A stretch of 64,000 nt of DNA, taken from the NCBI GenBank assembly GCA_963706595.1, contig OY970166.1:4224001-4288000 (forward strand), in the 5' to 3' direction. Position numbers and translations under genes: made by a program. Below the pieces are notes generated by a model, which saw nothing but the letters and a program-made list of their open reading frames with translations, was not told where the DNA came from and ran no database searches. Shown one piece after another: positions 18,732-28,805 of this stretch. The stretch's first letter is position 1. Every line of letters starts with the position of its first letter. Source of the DNA: an uncultured cyanobacterium. Its GTDB lineage: Bacteria; Cyanobacteriota; Cyanobacteriia; Cyanobacteriales; Nostocaceae.

Positions 18732-21700
18732 TCAGGGCGCATCCCCCACTTCCCACTCGCCACTTCCGCAAACCCTCGGCGCATCAGGATGACTAATCAA
18801 ATAACCCTTCAGCCAACTGCAACCCTGCGCTAGTAAATCATCAAGATCCAAATTCCACAGTTTGATCGTCTTATCCCAACTGGCGGAGGCTAAAGTTTTG
18901 CCGTCGGGGCTGAACACCACACTATTGACCGATGCGCCATGACCTTCTAGGGTAGAAATCAGTTTACCTGTGTCCCGATGCCACAGTTTGATCGTCTGGT
19001 CAGCACTGGCGGAGGTTAAGGTTTTGCCGTCCGGGCTGAACACCACACTCCTGACCCAATCGCCATGACCTTCTAGGGTAGAAATCAGTTTACCTGTGTC
19101 CCGATGCCACAGTTTGATCGTCTTGTCAGCACTGGCGGAGGCTAAAGTTTTGCCGTCCGGGCTGAACACCACACTAATGACCCTTTCGCCATGACCTTCT
19201 AGGGTAGAAATCAGTTTACCTGTGTCCCGATGCCACAGTTTGATCGTCTTGTCAGCACTGGCGGAGGCTAAAGTTTTGCCGTCGGGGCTGAACACCACAC
19301 TATTGACCGATTCGCCATGACCTTCTAGGGTAGAAATCAGTTTACCTGTGTCCCGATGCCACAGTTTGATCGTCTTGTCAGCACTGGCGGAGGCTAAAGT
19401 TTTGCCGTCGGGGCTGAACACCACACTATTGACCGATTCGCCATGACCTTCTAGGGTAGAAATCAGTTTACCTGTGTCCCGATGCCACAGTTTGATCGTC
19501 TTGTCATCACTGGCGGAGGCTAAAGTTTTGCCGTCGGGGCTGAACACCACACTATTGACCCAATCGACATGACCTTCTAGGGTAGAAATCAGTTTACCTG
19601 TGTCCCGATGCCACAGTTTGATCGTTTTATCCCAACTGGCGGAGGCTAAAGTTTTGCCGTCGGGGCTGAACACCACACTAATGACCCTTTCGCCATGACC
19701 TTCTAAGCGATTTATTTCTCGAATATTGAGCAGAATAGTCTGCAAACTAAACAAAGGGCTATAGGCAGGATAATCTGCTAAAGATTTTTTATCCTTGACT
19801 AAAGTTTTGAGTTTTTCCGCACTCTGCACTGCTAACAGCAATGCCTCAATTTCTCTTGAAGGTCTAAACTCCCGCAAGGCATTTGTGCCTTCTTGTTCCA
19901 GTTGCGTACCTATCTGGGCAGTTTCACGTTCTCTTTCTGCTATATCTAAACCTGCAATAGCATTTTGACGCTGCTTTTCTGCACTATCACGTTGTCTTTG
20001 AGCAGTTAGCGCCTGTTGTTGTGCCGTCTGTTGCTGTGAAATTGCTTGCTGTGCCTGTGTCTGCGCTTGTTGGTACTGTGTGTTAGCTGCAGCTACTGCC
20101 TTATTTGCTTTATCTAAAGTTTGCTGTGATTCTTTTATCTTGTTCTCAGCAATCGTTAAATTCTTGTCTGCTAAAGATTTTTGTTTTAATATCCTGCTAT
20201 TTTCTGTCTTAGTTTCTTCAGTTGCTGCTTGAGCTTGTTTTAAATCTTCCTTAGCCGCATCTGCTTCTTTTGTAGCTGTTTTTGCTATTGCGAGAGCATT
20301 TCTAGATATTTTAATACTATATTGAGTGACGAGAAAAGATGCAACTGCCCCTACCAATGTCACACTCAGTATAAAAGAACCAATACGAATGCTTCGATTA
20401 GCTTTACGGTTCGCCTCTGCTAAAACCTGCTTTGCTTCTTCCTCAACTTCCAGACTTTTCTGGAGGTCACGTTTTTCTAATTCCTGACTAGCATCCAAAA
20501 ATCGGTCATCAACATCAGTCAAACCTTTACCAATTCGCCAAACCAAAGCCTCTTGTAACGCCTTTCCCCGCAACAACCGCGATTCATCTTGAAAATCAGC
20601 CGCCACCCAAGCATTAAAAGCATCAGAATAAGGACGCAACTTAGCTAAAATCTTCTCACACCACTCTTGCTGAAACACCTCTGCATAGATGCGGTTATAA
20701 ATTCGCAACTTCCCATCCCGCCGCACCACCAACCCAGTTAACCGCAGCACCTTTTGGTCATCACTATCATCAGCAACTATCTCACCCTGCTGCATAATTT
20801 GCTGACACAACCCCAACAACCGCCCAGTTCGCTGTTCCCCACTCAGCATGATTCTATCTCGAATCGTCTTCAAATGTTCCGGCTCATCCTGCCCTTCCCA
20901 ATTCTCAATAATCCGCTTTCTGACAACTGCTTCCACTAACTGCTCAATTTGGGATTTTTGCTGATTTTTTGATTCTTGTGGGGGTGAAGAAGACGCGATA
21001 AATGGGGCAGAAGAAGACGCGATAAATGGGGCAGAAGAAGACGCGATAAATCGCGTCTCTACAAGGTGTTCTTCGATTAATAGGTTACAAACTTTCTGCG
21101 TCAAAAACGGTTGTCCTCCCGTCCACGCTAACACTGTTGCTATTACGTCCTGGGGATTACCAAACTTTGTCAAACCCTGGGCTAAAGGTTCTGCTTCATC
21201 TAATTCAAAACCGGTTAAATCAATAGCTTGTCCAATATTAAAAGGTGTGCGTCCTTTATCTTGAATCAAATCGGAAGGAGTGGACACCCCAATCAAGGCA
21301 AAGGTGAGACGGTTATATTCAGGATTATCAGCCCGGCGGTTATAGCAGTCTCGAATTACTGCAAAAAAATCATCCAGGTTAAAAGTCAAGCTAAGAATAC
21401 TATCAATTTCGTCAATAAAAATAACTATATTGGCTGTGATTTCTTTTAATAAAACTGTTTCAATAAATTTACTAAAACGCTGCACAGGTGAAAGCAACTC
21501 GTTCTGACTCCACCAACTTTCTAAATCAAAAGCAGTATAAATCTTAAAATATCCCACTAAGGTATCAATCACCCCGGCATACCATTGTTCTGGCGTAATA
21601 TCTGCCGTCCCCACTGAGGTAATATCAACTACAGCACAAGCCAACCCCTCATTCTGCAACTGTTGCATCACCCGCACCCGCAAGCTAGATTTCCCCATTT

Positions 21701-21833
21701 GGCGCGAGTTGAGGACATAACAAAATTTTCCAGCTTTCAAGCCTGCATACAAATCATCATCAGCTTGCCGTTTGACATAAGTTGGTGCATCTTGGGGTAA
21801 GCTACCCCCGACTTGATACTGGTACTGGGTCAT
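18732..21833 (-). CDS. AAA_35-type NTPase - TM helix - coiled coil - 7x WD40 protein
   Basis: Start [12 protein letters not shown]; Walker [10 protein letters not shown], Walker [31 protein letters not shown]...W repeats. Confidence 0.9.
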   Translation of the reverse strand: MTQYQYQVGGSLPQDAPTYVKRQADDDLYAGLKAGKFCYVLNSRQMGKSSLRVRVMQQLQNEGLACAVVDITSVGTADITPEQWYAGVIDTLVGYFKIYTAFDLESWWSQNELLSPVQRFSKFIETVLLKEITANIVIFIDEIDSILSLTFNLDDFFAVIRDCYNRRADNPEYNRLTFALIGVSTPSDLIQDKGRTPFNIGQAIDLTGFELDEAEPLAQGLTKFGNPQDVIATVLAWTGGQPFLTQKVCNLLIEEHLVETRFIASSSAPFIASSSAPFIASSSPPQESKNQQKSQIEQLVEAVVRKRIIENWEGQDEPEHLKTIRDRIMLSGEQRTGRLLGLCQQIMQQGEIVADDSDDQKVLRLTGLVVRRDGKLRIYNRIYAEVFQQEWCEKILAKLRPYSDAFNAWVAADFQDESRLLRGKALQEALVWRIGKGLTDVDDRFLDASQELEKRDLQKSLEVEEEAKQVLAEANRKANRSIRIGSFILSVTLVGAVASFLVTQYSIKISRNALAIAKTATKEADAAKEDLKQAQAATEETKTENSRILKQKSLADKNLTIAENKIKESQQTLDKANKAVAAANTQYQQAQTQAQQAISQQQTAQQQALTAQRQRDSAEKQRQNAIAGLDIAERERETAQIGTQLEQEGTNALREFRPSREIEALLLAVQSAEKLKTLVKDKKSLADYPAYSPLFSLQTILLNIREINRLEGHGERVISVVFSPDGKTLASASWDKTIKLWHRDTGKLISTLEGHVDWVNSVVFSPDGKTLASASDDKTIKLWHRDTGKLISTLEGHGESVNSVVFSPDGKTLASASADKTIKLWHRDTGKLISTLEGHGESVNSVVFSPDGKTLASASADKTIKLWHRDTGKLISTLEGHGERVISVVFSPDGKTLASASADKTIKLWHRDTGKLISTLEGHGDWVRSVVFSPDGKTLTSASADQTIKLWHRDTGKLISTLEGHGASVNSVVFSPDGKTLASASWDKTIKLWNLDLDDLLAQGCSWLKGYLISHPDAPRVCGSGEWEVGDAP
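18855..19705 (-). repeat. About 7 x 126-bp near-identical WD40-coding tandem repeats
   Basis: CCACAGTTTGATCGT recurs with a 126-bp period from 18855 to 19611. Confidence 0.97.
20986..21062. repeat. In-frame GTAGAGACGCGAT-type palindromic element with 24-bp tandem expansion
   Basis: Encodes [26 protein letters not shown]; the same element occurs intergenically at 55553-55580. Confidence 0.85.
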
Positions 21834-21859
21834 AAATGGGTGTAGGGGTGTAATTGAAG

Positions 21860-21950
21860 AAACCCCTCTCCAAACCTCTCCCCCCACAGGGAGAGAGGCT
21901 TTGATTCTTGCTCCCCTTCCCTTGTAGGGAAGGGATTGGGGGTTAGGTTT
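21860..21950. repeat. Double-hairpin dispersed repeat (uninterrupted relative of the repeat split at 18233-18701)
   Basis: CCTCTCCC..GGGAGAGAGGCTTT...CCCTTCCCT.GTAGGGAAGGG..T.GGGGGTTAGGTTT. Confidence 0.75.
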
Positions 21951-21976
21951 GAGAATGTTGTTAACTGTTAACTGAT

Positions 21977-23578
21977 TCATAGTTCGAGGCGATCGCAAAA
22001 GTATTTCCGGTATAAATTACATAAAGGCATAATTTTATTTCCTTGAAATTTGACTAACCCCATACTGCGGAGTTTAAAGGCTTCTATGGTTCCCACATTC
22101 ACCGCCTCATCAGCTAAAACTACTTGCTTCAGCGCTGCTAATAATTCTTCATCCTCCTGCAAATTCAGCAAATGGCGGCGCAAATGGTCATTATAGGGGC
22201 CGGCTTCTGTGGGTGCGACTTGTTCTAGCTTGTCTAATGTCGTCCTCTCCCGTGCAATTTGATAAAGCGCCATTCGCACTAAATAAGGATGTCCACCCAC
22301 AAGCATAATTAACTGTTGCACTTGGGAATTAGACCAACTTAATCCATGACGCTGGACTAAATCTTGCACCTGTTCTTGATTTAACTCTGGTAACTCCACA
22401 GGTAAACCCACATTAAAGGGCGACTGATTAATATTCAAAGGCACGTACACTTCCTTAGAATGCACAATAATTAACCTGAGTTTTTTCCAATCTGGGTCAT
22501 TTTTAGCCCGTTCATGCCAAGCCCGTAGCAAACCAAAGAAATCCGTGGCTATTGTGGGATGCTTAAAAATTTCATCTACTTCATCTAAACCCAAAACAAT
22601 CGGCTTGTCTATCTCCTGGAGTAAATACCTCTGAAAGTAATTTGTACACTTGTTTTTACTACCCAAAACCCCTTTCCAATAGTCGTCTAGCTTTTCTGGT
22701 AAATTCAAGCTATCGGTGACACTGGCGCAGAACCACTGCAAAAACATATCCAAGCTGCTGAGATATTCCGCATCGGCTGATTGAAAATTTAAAGATGCAG
22801 GTTTATAACCTTGCTTGCTACCATAATCCAGAACCCTTGACATTAAGGAGCTTTTACCCATCTGTCTGGGGGCTTTAATCCGAATTAATGCCCCATCCCG
22901 GAGAATTTCTTCATAGCAGTCAGTTTCAACAGGCGATCGCTTGATGTAAAATGGAGATTCCAAAGGTACTTGTCCTTCAGGATTTTCTAAAGCGATCGCT
23001 GAATTAATGGGAACGCACTTGGCTGATTTGCTTTTCAGTACAGGGGTTGCCGATTCAGGAATGCTTTCTAAATCAATCGCCGTACAGCCAAACTCATAAG
23101 CATCTTCATAATCTCTCCCAGCCCCTAAAGCATCATAAAAGCCCACAGCAAACTTAATTGCGGCTTTATCCCCAAAAGCCTGATTCATCCCCACTACACA
23201 GTCAATGTGTTGAAAAATCGCCTCAGCTTGCACCTCGCTATAGCAAGCATTTAACAACACACATTCTATGTTGTCCTGAAATAATTTAAACAGCCTCGCC
23301 AGTGCATCTGTATTTACTAGCTGTGCATCCCCTGTCTTACTTTCCAAAACCAAACCTTGTTCCCCAGCACCATGTCCAGAAAAGTGGACTATCTGAGGCT
23401 GATAATCTAAAAGACTACGGCGCAAATCATCGGGACGCACAGCCCATTTAGAAATAATTGTAAACTGATCTCGACATTGAGAACGTTCTAAACCTGCCTG
23501 AATTTCTCTAACCTCTTCATCCAAGCGCAGTCGGCTGGTATTTGTGGGATTGGCTGATAAAATCAGGATTTTTTTCAC
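21977..23578 (-). CDS. CHAT (caspase-like) protease fused to AAA_35-type NTPase
   Basis: ILSANP, HFSGHG and LNACYS catalytic motifs; Walker [10 protein letters not shown], Walker B LGLDEVD. Confidence 0.9.
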   Translation of the reverse strand: MKKILILSANPTNTSRLRLDEEVREIQAGLERSQCRDQFTIISKWAVRPDDLRRSLLDYQPQIVHFSGHGAGEQGLVLESKTGDAQLVNTDALARLFKLFQDNIECVLLNACYSEVQAEAIFQHIDCVVGMNQAFGDKAAIKFAVGFYDALGAGRDYEDAYEFGCTAIDLESIPESATPVLKSKSAKCVPINSAIALENPEGQVPLESPFYIKRSPVETDCYEEILRDGALIRIKAPRQMGKSSLMSRVLDYGSKQGYKPASLNFQSADAEYLSSLDMFLQWFCASVTDSLNLPEKLDDYWKGVLGSKNKCTNYFQRYLLQEIDKPIVLGLDEVDEIFKHPTIATDFFGLLRAWHERAKNDPDWKKLRLIIVHSKEVYVPLNINQSPFNVGLPVELPELNQEQVQDLVQRHGLSWSNSQVQQLIMLVGGHPYLVRMALYQIARERTTLDKLEQVAPTEAGPYNDHLRRHLLNLQEDEELLAALKQVVLADEAVNVGTIEAFKLRSMGLVKFQGNKIMPLCNLYRKYFCDRLEL

Positions 23579-23806
23579 AACAGAGAATAAAAGTAGATTA
23601 ACCCAGGGTTTTCACCTAAATATAGTCTACTACAGCCAATATTCCCAAAACACGCTTAGTTATAAAGAAATTAATCAGGCGATCGCTCTCATTTTCAAGT
23701 AATATGATCTTTGAAGATGAATGAAGAAATGGGTAATCAGAAATCCTACAGAATTCTGAAATTAATCTGTTAACAGTGACAAATAATTAGTGAATTTACA
23801 AAAAAA

Positions 23807-23878
23807 AGCGGGTGATGGGACTCGAACCCACGACGTTCACCATGGGAAGATGACATTCTACCACTGAATTACACCCGC
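23807..23878 (-). tRNA. trnG: tRNA-Gly(CCC)
   Basis: GCGGGTGTAATTCAGTGGTAGAATGTCATCTT-CCC-ATGGTGAACGTCGTGGGTTCGAGTCCCATCACCCGCT cloverleaf; CCA not encoded. Confidence 0.96.
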
Positions 23879-24147
23879 AAATAATGGTTAACTTAACCAA
23901 GCCATCAACTATAATAGCACTATATTGGCAGATAATAACTTACAAAATGATTTTTTGGTCATATCCAGCAGACTGATTACCAGAACCTCAGCTACAAGTT
24001 AGCCTGGGTGGCGGGTTTAAATCCTCACCATACCCTTGATAACTGTTCACTGTTCACTTAATTCACACCTGTAACCTGCTACTTCTATAAATTGAGAGAC
24101 TATGGACTATGATTGTGAGCAAGACATAAAGGTGGCTACCAACCACA

Positions 24148-24266
24148 CTAGTACAAGTCGGCGTAAATAAACAGACTATTCAAGAGGAATGAAAAGCCTA
24201 GAAGATAAGACTTTTGTACGGGCGTATTGCAATACTACCCTACTGATAAACGCCTGGCGGTACTAG
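24148..24266. mobile_element. CTAG-bounded MITE-like element, copy 2
   Basis: CTAGTAC...GGCGGTACTAG; homologous to 12941-13056. Confidence 0.65.
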
Positions 24267-24378
24267 TACCTAAGCTACATCTGATAAATCTGCATTGTCT
24301 GCAATTCCAGCAATAGCAAACCTGACCATGCAATTTTGACAACTCTACATAAAAATTTTATTTATCTGAGTCACCAAT

Positions 24379-25254
24379 ATGTTCAATGTCACTGAAATTT
24401 TAATTGATGCCTTTGTTAACCAAATTCGAGAAGGCTACCGTCGCACGTACGGCTGCTTAAAAAATGATTATCAAGATATTATCGCTTGGGCTGGTAATAT
24501 GGCGTTGGAAAATATTGCCAATAGCGATGCCCTATATCACAATGTGGAACATTCTGTCTTAGTTGCGATTGTGGGTCAAGAAATTCTACGGGGTAAACAC
24601 ATCCGAGAAGGTGGTGTCTCTAGTGAAGATTGGCTGCATTTTATCATTTCCTTGGTGTGTCATGATATTGGCTATGTTAAAGGCGTTTGCCGAGAAGACA
24701 AAGAGTCTATAAATTTATATTCCACAGGTCAAGATGACAAAATGATTTCTCTGCATCCAGGGGCTTCTGATGCTGCTCTGACACCCTATCATGTTGATAG
24801 AGCGAAACTCTTCATTGATGAGCGTTTTGGTGGTCACAAGTTAATTGATGCGGAAGTTATTAAAACTAATATTGAGTTGACGCGGTTTCCTGTCCCTGTG
24901 GCGGAGGATCATCAAGATACCATTAGCTTTGCAGGCTTAGTACGTGCGGCTGATTTGATTGGACAATTAAGCGACCCACGTTATTTAAAGAAAATTACTT
25001 CTTTATTCTACGAGTTTCAAGAAACTGGGATAAATGAAGTTTTGGGTTACAAAACACCTGCCGATTTACGCAAAAACTACGCTAAATTTTACTGGAATGG
25101 CGTTTATCCTTATATTAAAGATGGATTACATTACTTGTCCCTGACTCAGCAGGGTAAACAAATTATGGCGAATCTCTACTCAAATGTTTTTGTTGTAGAA
25201 CATGAAAAGAGCCAAGAAGAAAATTTATATTTACTAGAACAACAACATAGTTAG
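24379..25254 (+). CDS. HD-domain metal-dependent phosphohydrolase (Npun_R2479-like family)
   Basis: YHNVEH, CHDIGY, HVDR, RAADLIGQ motifs. Confidence 0.85.
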   Translation: MFNVTEILIDAFVNQIREGYRRTYGCLKNDYQDIIAWAGNMALENIANSDALYHNVEHSVLVAIVGQEILRGKHIREGGVSSEDWLHFIISLVCHDIGYVKGVCREDKESINLYSTGQDDKMISLHPGASDAALTPYHVDRAKLFIDERFGGHKLIDAEVIKTNIELTRFPVPVAEDHQDTISFAGLVRAADLIGQLSDPRYLKKITSLFYEFQETGINEVLGYKTPADLRKNYAKFYWNGVYPYIKDGLHYLSLTQQGKQIMANLYSNVFVVEHEKSQEENLYLLEQQHS

Positions 25255-25327
25255 ATATAGTAATCCGCTTTGATTTTTCAACTTACTTGCGTAGGTGGGG
25301 AGTGGGGAGTGGGGAGTGGGAAACAAT

Positions 25328-25372
25328 ATATCCAGATCCCCGACTTCTCTAAGAAGTCGGGGATCTATATCG
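25328..25372. repeat. 45-bp palindromic element, copy 2
   Basis: Reverse complement of 10390-10434 with one mismatch. Confidence 0.8.
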
Positions 25373-25455
25373 ACCTACTTATCTCCGACAAAGAATGTAG
25401 AGAAGCTGCATGAAACGTCTCTACAAGCGTTTACCGAAGGCAAAGGAAAAATAAC

Positions 25456-26577
25456 ATGAATTGGTGGCAAAGACTTCAGAAAAATCCTTTGGCGCGATTG
25501 GGGGCAATTGTGCTGTTAATTTTCTATGTGGCGGTAATTGCTGCTGATTTCGTCGCTCCTTATAATCCTCTTGCTTCACAGCCAAATGGTTCACTGCTAC
25601 CACCAACTCAAATTTATTGGTTTTCACAATCAGGGACTAAGCAATTCATTGGACCTCATGTATATCCCACAACTCAAGGAGATACTAACTTGGAAACAGG
25701 CGATCGCCTATTAATTGTAGACTTGGAAAAGCCTACACCTCTACGTTTGTTTGTCTCCGGTCCTGAGTATCGGCTGTTTCAGTTGCGTTTACCACTACCG
25801 CCCAACTGGGATGAAGTCACTATTTCCCCTGGTATTCCTCTAAATTGGCACTTGTTTGGGACAGCAGGTGCAGCCTATATGAATATCTTAGGTACTGACG
25901 ACCAAGGGCGCGACCAATTCAGCCGTCTGTTACATGGTGGTCGCATTAGTATGTTTATTGGCATTATCGGGGTGATGATTACCTTTCCCCTGGGTCTGAT
26001 AATTGGCGGAATTTCTGGCTATTTCGGCGGTTGGACTGATAGCGTAATTATGCGTGTTGCCGAAGTGCTAATGACTTTCCCTGGAATTTATCTATTGGTG
26101 ACTTTGGGCGCAGTTTTACCACCAGGTTTAACCAGTACCCAGCGCTTTTTATTAATTGTCGTGATTACTTCGGTGATTAGTTGGGCGGGGTTAGCGCGGG
26201 TAATTCGGGGACAGGTGCTATCGATAAAAGAGCGAGAATTTGTCCAAGCAGCCAAAGCAATGGGTGGTAAGCCAATTTACATTATTATTCGTCATATTTT
26301 GCAGCAAACTGCCACCTATGTGATTATTTCCGCAACATTGGCTGTTCCTGGTTTTATTGGTGCGGAAGCTGTCTTAAGTCTGATTGGTTTGGGAATTCAA
26401 CAACCTGATCCTTCTTGGGGAAATATGCTTTCTTTAGCCAGCAATGCTTCAATTGTAGTGTTGCAACCTTGGTTAATTTGGCCGCCTGCGGCGTTAATTA
26501 TTCTCACAGTGCTGTCTTTTAATTTACTCGGTGACGGTTTGAGAGATGCTCTTGATCCCCGCAGTTTGCGAAGATAG
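25456..26577 (+). CDS. Peptide/nickel ABC transporter permease (OppC/DppC-like)
   Basis: LGTDDQGRD, EFVQAAKAMG (EAA motif), NLLGDGLRDALDP. Confidence 0.92.
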   Translation: MNWWQRLQKNPLARLGAIVLLIFYVAVIAADFVAPYNPLASQPNGSLLPPTQIYWFSQSGTKQFIGPHVYPTTQGDTNLETGDRLLIVDLEKPTPLRLFVSGPEYRLFQLRLPLPPNWDEVTISPGIPLNWHLFGTAGAAYMNILGTDDQGRDQFSRLLHGGRISMFIGIIGVMITFPLGLIIGGISGYFGGWTDSVIMRVAEVLMTFPGIYLLVTLGAVLPPGLTSTQRFLLIVVITSVISWAGLARVIRGQVLSIKEREFVQAAKAMGGKPIYIIIRHILQQTATYVIISATLAVPGFIGAEAVLSLIGLGIQQPDPSWGNMLSLASNASIVVLQPWLIWPPAALIILTVLSFNLLGDGLRDALDPRSLRR

Positions 26578-26789
26578 GTTTGATGAGGCTTGCTATAGTC
26601 ATTGAACCCCACCCCCAACCCCTCCCCGCAAGCGAGGAGGGGAGTTAAGTATAGTTTTTGTAGAAAATGGGGTTGTTTTATTTTTTTGGCATTGAGTGTG
26701 GGCAAAAATAACAGAGGAGATGAGGAGCAAATTTTCCAACTTACTCTTCATCTCCTGTATAAAATTTGTGATTTTTGCTGGTGCTGTGG

Positions 26790-28010
26790 TTAAGGAGCCA
26801 AAGCGTTACCGCGAATCAGACTACCAATAGTTTTGGCAGTAATTTTTAGTTGGGTGAAGGGGTTGGCGGGGACAACTGTTTTATATAGATAGCTATCAAA
26901 TGTGAGCTTCTGCACATCCAGGTCATCGCACATTTCCACAAAGGCTTCGCGGGTAGCGTCGGAACGGTAGAACACGGTTTGCAAAATGTCAAGCACTTTG
27001 TAGGTGAGTCCGTATTTTTTATCCCAGCGCTTCAAGTAAATCTTCAGGTCTTTTTCTGTGGGAATACTTGCACCACTGTTGGACATTTCCACGATGGTTT
27101 CAGCACACATCCGCCCTGACTTAGCTGCAAAGTAAATACCTTCACCAGAGGACTTGGTGACGTAACCAGCCGCATCTCCTACTAACGCAATCCGACCGAC
27201 AACACGACGGGGACGGGGATGTTCAGGGATGGGGTGAGCTTCGACTTTGATGATTTTACCGCCTGCTAGCTTTTCGGAAGCACGGGCGCGGATACCAGCT
27301 TGTAACTGTTTGATGCTGGCTTTATTGACTTGCATTGTGCCAGTACCGACGGCTACGTGGTCGTATTTGGGGAAAACCCAGGCGTAGAAGTCTGTAGAAA
27401 CGTCATTGCCGACATACATTTCGGCTAAGTCGTTATAGTAGTCCATTTTATCCTGGGGTAAGCGGATTCGCTCTTGGAAGGCGATCGCATAGTTATAATC
27501 CCCAGCATCCATTTCTTTAGCAATGCGAGAATTAGCCCCATCCGCCCCAATTACTAAATCTACTTTTAAAGTTTTAGTAATACCTTGTGAACCACCTTCT
27601 GTATGGTCAACGTAGTGGATTGTATAAGGGCTGGTGTTATTTGTGGGTATATCGAGTTTATGAACAGTGGCGTTAATTAAATTTGCCCCTAGTTTTGCCG
27701 CCCGATCTCGCAGGAAACCATCCAGCACTTCCCGACGGCACATTCCTATATATTCGTCTTCTTTTACTATATTGATATTAACCTCACGATTGGAAGGTGA
27801 AATCATTTTCATCTTCCGCACCCGGCGGTCAATAATCTCTGGTGGTAGGTCAAATTCATCCACCATACACAGAGGAATAGCACCCCCGCAGGGCTTGGCA
27901 TTATCTAGCTTCCGCTCAAACAAGTAAGTCTCAATTCCTGCTTTCGCCAGCGTTTCCGCAGCAGATGAACCAGCAGGGCCTGACCCAACAACAGCAACCC
28001 GTAGTGTCAA
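26790..28010 (-). CDS. chlP: Geranylgeranyl reductase
   Basis: GSGPAG, AKPCGGAIPLCM, GDAAGYVTKSSGEGIYFA. Confidence 0.97.
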   Translation of the reverse strand: MTLRVAVVGSGPAGSSAAETLAKAGIETYLFERKLDNAKPCGGAIPLCMVDEFDLPPEIIDRRVRKMKMISPSNREVNINIVKEDEYIGMCRREVLDGFLRDRAAKLGANLINATVHKLDIPTNNTSPYTIHYVDHTEGGSQGITKTLKVDLVIGADGANSRIAKEMDAGDYNYAIAFQERIRLPQDKMDYYNDLAEMYVGNDVSTDFYAWVFPKYDHVAVGTGTMQVNKASIKQLQAGIRARASEKLAGGKIIKVEAHPIPEHPRPRRVVGRIALVGDAAGYVTKSSGEGIYFAAKSGRMCAETIVEMSNSGASIPTEKDLKIYLKRWDKKYGLTYKVLDILQTVFYRSDATREAFVEMCDDLDVQKLTFDSYLYKTVVPANPFTQLKITAKTIGSLIRGNALAP

Positions 28011-28213
28011 AGGTCTTCTCCCAATAGTTGATAAAAACGTTTAACCCAAGCATCCTATCACGGAGTTTTGCTTGATTTCCCGGTCTTGTTTCAGATTTTG
28101 CCTGAAATGCAATATTCCTTAATATTTCGCTACAAAAAGAGGGGGGTAGAGCATCGAAAATCGGGACTTGTCAATGGGAATCATAAGGTATTACCTAGCA
28201 TTTACTGGCTCCT

Positions 28214-28702
28214 ATGCAGATTTCTTCATTCAACTCGTTGACTAGACAAGTCGGTGCGATCGCAATTACTGGATATCAAAAACATATTTCCCCCCATAAA
28301 GGTTTTGCTTGCGCTCATCGAGTCTTGTATGGGGGTGAATCTTGCTCCCAGTATTTCAAGCGGGTGATTATTCAGGGTGGTTTCAGCGCTGCACTCATTC
28401 AGTCTCGTGAACGATTTCAAGCCTGTAAGCAAGCTAATTATATTTTGCGCGCACAAGCCGAGAAACCTGAACCAGAACCACCAAACCCCCAATCACCGCA
28501 GAAAAATCCTAGTAATAATTTGGACTGTAATGACTATCTAAATGGTATTGAGTGTGGCGGTAATTGTGTTGAGATGATGACTACTAGCCCTGATTGTAGT
28601 GCGGTTGATTGCAGTGGGGCTGACTGTGCTAGCCCTGATTGTAGTGCAGTTGATTGCAGTGGTGCTGACTGTAGCTTTCTCGATTGTGGCAGTTGTGGCT
28701 AA
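28214..28702 (+). CDS. YidD/DUF37-like domain protein with Cys-rich tail
   Basis: YQKHISPHKGFACAHR...SCSQY motif; C-terminal DCS repeats. Confidence 0.8.
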   Translation: MQISSFNSLTRQVGAIAITGYQKHISPHKGFACAHRVLYGGESCSQYFKRVIIQGGFSAALIQSRERFQACKQANYILRAQAEKPEPEPPNPQSPQKNPSNNLDCNDYLNGIECGGNCVEMMTTSPDCSAVDCSGADCASPDCSAVDCSGADCSFLDCGSCG

Positions 28703-28805
28703 AATGTCTAATTCAAATTAACCGAAAGGATCTTATCTGTGATATATGTAAAACACGGTAATCCTAGCAATAAGCCGTAGATTGAATTGTAGAGGTACAG
28801 CAGCA

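Larger units (their letters stand above)
18212..18734. mobile_element. Outer element of nested MITE stack (12-bp IR TGACTTTTCACG/CGTGAAAAGTCA)
   Basis: Perfect 12-bp inverted repeat; encloses a double-hairpin repeat; right IR supplies the stop codon of the WD40 gene. Confidence 0.6.

Noticed and set aside
18855..19705. Diversity-generating retroelement behind the WD40 variation
   Set aside because: No reverse transcriptase or separate template repeat, and the changes are not adenine-restricted.
21834..21998. N-terminal extension of the WD40 ORF
   Set aside because: Reads through an intergenic repeat; family-like sequence starts at [10 protein letters not shown] (21833).
17400..23878. Integrative island or prophage at tRNA-Gly
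   Set aside because: No integrase, and I found no duplicate of the tRNA 3' end at the far border.
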